Translations under genes and position numbers: made by a program | In this document: one piece after another, positions 43,901 to 46,900 of the stretch | Position numbering within the stretch: the stretch's first letter is position 1 | How the letters are laid out: each line of letters begins with the position of its first letter | The notes under the pieces: generated by a model | Told to the model about the DNA's origin: nothing | Databases searched by the model: none | The model's input: only the letters and a program-made list of their open reading frames with translations | From: Burkholderiales bacterium | GTDB lineage: Bacteria > Pseudomonadota > Gammaproteobacteria > Burkholderiales > Ga0077523 | Assembly: GCA_019747905.1 (NCBI GenBank) | Contig: JAIEQG010000087.1 | Location: forward strand, 71,905 to 135,904 | Length of the DNA stretch: 64,000 nt | Reading direction: 5' to 3'

Positions 43901-46900
43901 AACTCATCCCGACATACACCACGGCGCTTGCGGGCGGTCTGCGCGGGCAGTTGCTGAACGCGGCCACCGCGTCGGGTTTCAGCGTCGATCCCGGCCGCGA
44001 CGCCGGCCTCGCGTACGATGCCCTCCGACGTTTCGGTCAGTTCTACCTGACCGAATACGATTCGATCCTCCAGGGCGCCAATCTGGCCGGCGGGGCGTTC
44101 GGCCTGAGGGACATGGTGACGGCGATGGTGCCGGCCTTCAACCAATACCTGGCGAGCCTTGCGAGCCAGGGAGCGCGTCTGGCGGTGCTCGATGCGCTGA
44201 AGGTGTACGAACCCGACCTGACCGGGGTTGCCTCGGGAGGAGATGTGGCGACCAGGGCGGCCATGAAGCTGGCTCAGGAATACTTCGCCAACTGGTCGTT
44301 CCGTCTCGACAACGCGGCGCCGAGCGCGGGTACGGCGAAACTGCAGCACAACTGGATGTTCGTGCCGCCGTCCGTGTCCTATCTCACGTTCGCACTCGAT
44401 CCGGAGGGTGTCGCCACCGGCTCGCTCAACGTAACGATGGAAACGACGAGCGGCAGTGTCGTCACCCTTGGCACGATCAACCTGGACGCGCTGCCCGACG
44501 GGTTTACCACGCAACGGATCGCACTACCTTCTTCAGTCAAGGGGGAGGTGGTCAAGCTGACCTTCGAACTCGCGGCATCGGGGTCGACCAGCGTGCTGAT
44601 CGACGACATCAAGTTCGACGGTCTGCTGGTGAGCGATACCAGCGGGGCCGCGGGCGACAGCCAGGTACTGTTCCTCGACGATACGGATCCGAACGGCTCG
44701 GGAACGCCCGCGCCGGGGACCGACATCGTGTACGCGCCGAACAAGAACATCCACGAGATCACGATCACGAATCCGGGCACCGACAGCATCGTCGTGCGCG
44801 TGGCGGTCGAAGCGAACGACTTCCTCGTCGGTCTCGATGCCGGTGGGGTAGAGACGCTCTACAACGACGGGCAGGACCATAACCTCGGCGACACCATCAT
44901 CACCGGCGGGTCCAGTCTCACGCTGAAATTCAAGTCGGCGCTCGATCTGCAGGACCTGTTCGGGTCCGGGCGCGTCGACGTCAACACCTTCACCTACGAC
45001 CAGTGGCTGATGCAGGGGATCCTGAAGCTGTCGGTGCTGGACGCGGTCGGCGGCAACGAGCTCTCGGGCCAGGACGTCAGGCTGTACTACCTGGCCGACA
45101 TCGGCGACAGCGACGTGGATGACGGCGTGCTGGAGATTGCGCGCACGCGCGATGGCACGACAAGATCGTTGCAGATTCTCAACGACACGGACCTGGAGAT
45201 CGAAACGGCCGGTACGCTGCCGGCTCGCTTCCAGGTCACGACCGCGGGCGGGCCGGTATCCGAACTGCAGTTCACGGCAGTGGGGAACGACGGTAGCCCG
45301 GTGTCGGATACGCTCAAGATCAGATCGAACGACGCGGTGCTGGGTGAACTCAAGGTCCGTGGCCAATCGGTGCGACAGATTGGCATCCATGTGGATCTGG
45401 CTCAGTTCAAGAACTACTTCCGGAACTTCTACAACGCCCTCGTGGCGTACCAGACCAACCCCGGCACCTCGAACCTGACGGCGTTCGATCAGGTGCCGAC
45501 GGCTCTGATCGATCCGGACATGCCAGGGCTGGGTCCGCGGATCGATGGCTATCAGCCGTTCATCGACCGGATGTCCTTGGGTAACCTCGAGGCGAATCTG
45601 GATGCGCTGATCGCGGGATTGCGTTCGGCCATCGAAGACGTCTACGCCGGCTTCTACGGTTCGGCGCTAAATCTCGTCTTCACTTCGGGTGCATCCAACG
45701 TCGTCGTCAATGTCAGCGACGCCAGTTCGCCCCTGGGGTCCTCCCAACAGGATGTCGACTACAAGGAGATGTTCGGTGTCGACGGGTTCCTGGACGGCAC
45801 CCAGTTCACCAACCCGCCGGCGAGTCCGACCTGGACCGCTCGCCGGGACCTGACGCCGGCAGCGATCCGCTTCAGGGTGGATTCCACCCTGAACAACAAT
45901 CCCAGCGACAGCATGAATCTGTTCCCGGCGATGAACATCCTGACCATCTCCGCATCGATCCTGTCGACTTCGCTACCGACATCGGTCGGCACCGCGGAGA
46001 ACTATGGCCGATGGACCGGGTTCACGATCGCTCACGAGCTGGCGCATTCGCTGGGCCTGTTCGACGAGTACTACACTCCCAACAATACGGGCTTCCTGCC
46101 GATCGACGCCAAGCTCACGAGCTTTGCGAACCCCGTGCCCAACAGCGGTGCGCCAGACTACCGGTTCAGCACGAGCTTCATGAACGATTCGGCGCTCGCG
46201 CTCGACGCAGCGGGACGCATCCGAATCGACGTGGAGAAGTTCCACAAGGGCTTGTTCGCTCTGGCGCTCAACGACCAGGCTCTCGCGGACCAGTACTGGG
46301 GCTACGACAGCAACCAGGCCGCCATTGGCTTCAAGTTCGGCGACGACCTCGGGACGCTCCTGGCCGTCAACGCGTACAACTACCCAGGGAAGTTCGTCCC
46401 CAAGGACTCCGGGCTTCTGGACATGTCGGATGCATTCGTAGGGAACGCCGCGGCGGTTCAGCAAGTGTCGTCGCCACTGCTGACCATGCCGCCCTTGGCC
46501 GAATGGGCACTGCGCGGGGCGGCGCAGCAGCAAGGAGGCAGGTTCGACCTTGCCGAAGACGCTGCCTTGCTGACCCGCGCGGCACGTACGCTCGCTGTCC
46601 CGACTGCCGCGCGCACCCTTTCGTTCCAGATCCTCGATGCGGATTTCGACGCGATCGGCCGCGGGCCGCAGGATGCCTTCGAGGTGGCGCTGCTCGACCC
46701 GACGACGGGCGCGTCGCTGCTTGGCAGCATCGGGCTCACGCGCACCGATGCGCTGCTGAACATTCAGGCGGACGGTGCGCTCCGACGCGCCGCGGGCGTG
46801 AACCTGTCCGGCATTGCAGGCGATGTTTTCCCAGGCGATGTCACGTCTCCGATCGTCGTCACGATCGACCTGACAGGTCTCAATGTGTCGAACGGTGTCG

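Noticed and set aside
13893-44882. Long same-strand, alternative-frame ORFs overlapping the giant gene (13893..16634 + 913 aa, 25605..28829 + 1074 aa, 42159..44882 + 907 aa, 19287..20834 +, 30609..31562 +, 35904..36944 +).
   Set aside because: They have an Arg/Pro/Gly/His-dominated composition typical of out-of-frame translation of high-GC genes, with no domain motifs and no RBS or start context. They are fully covered by the coherent main frame.
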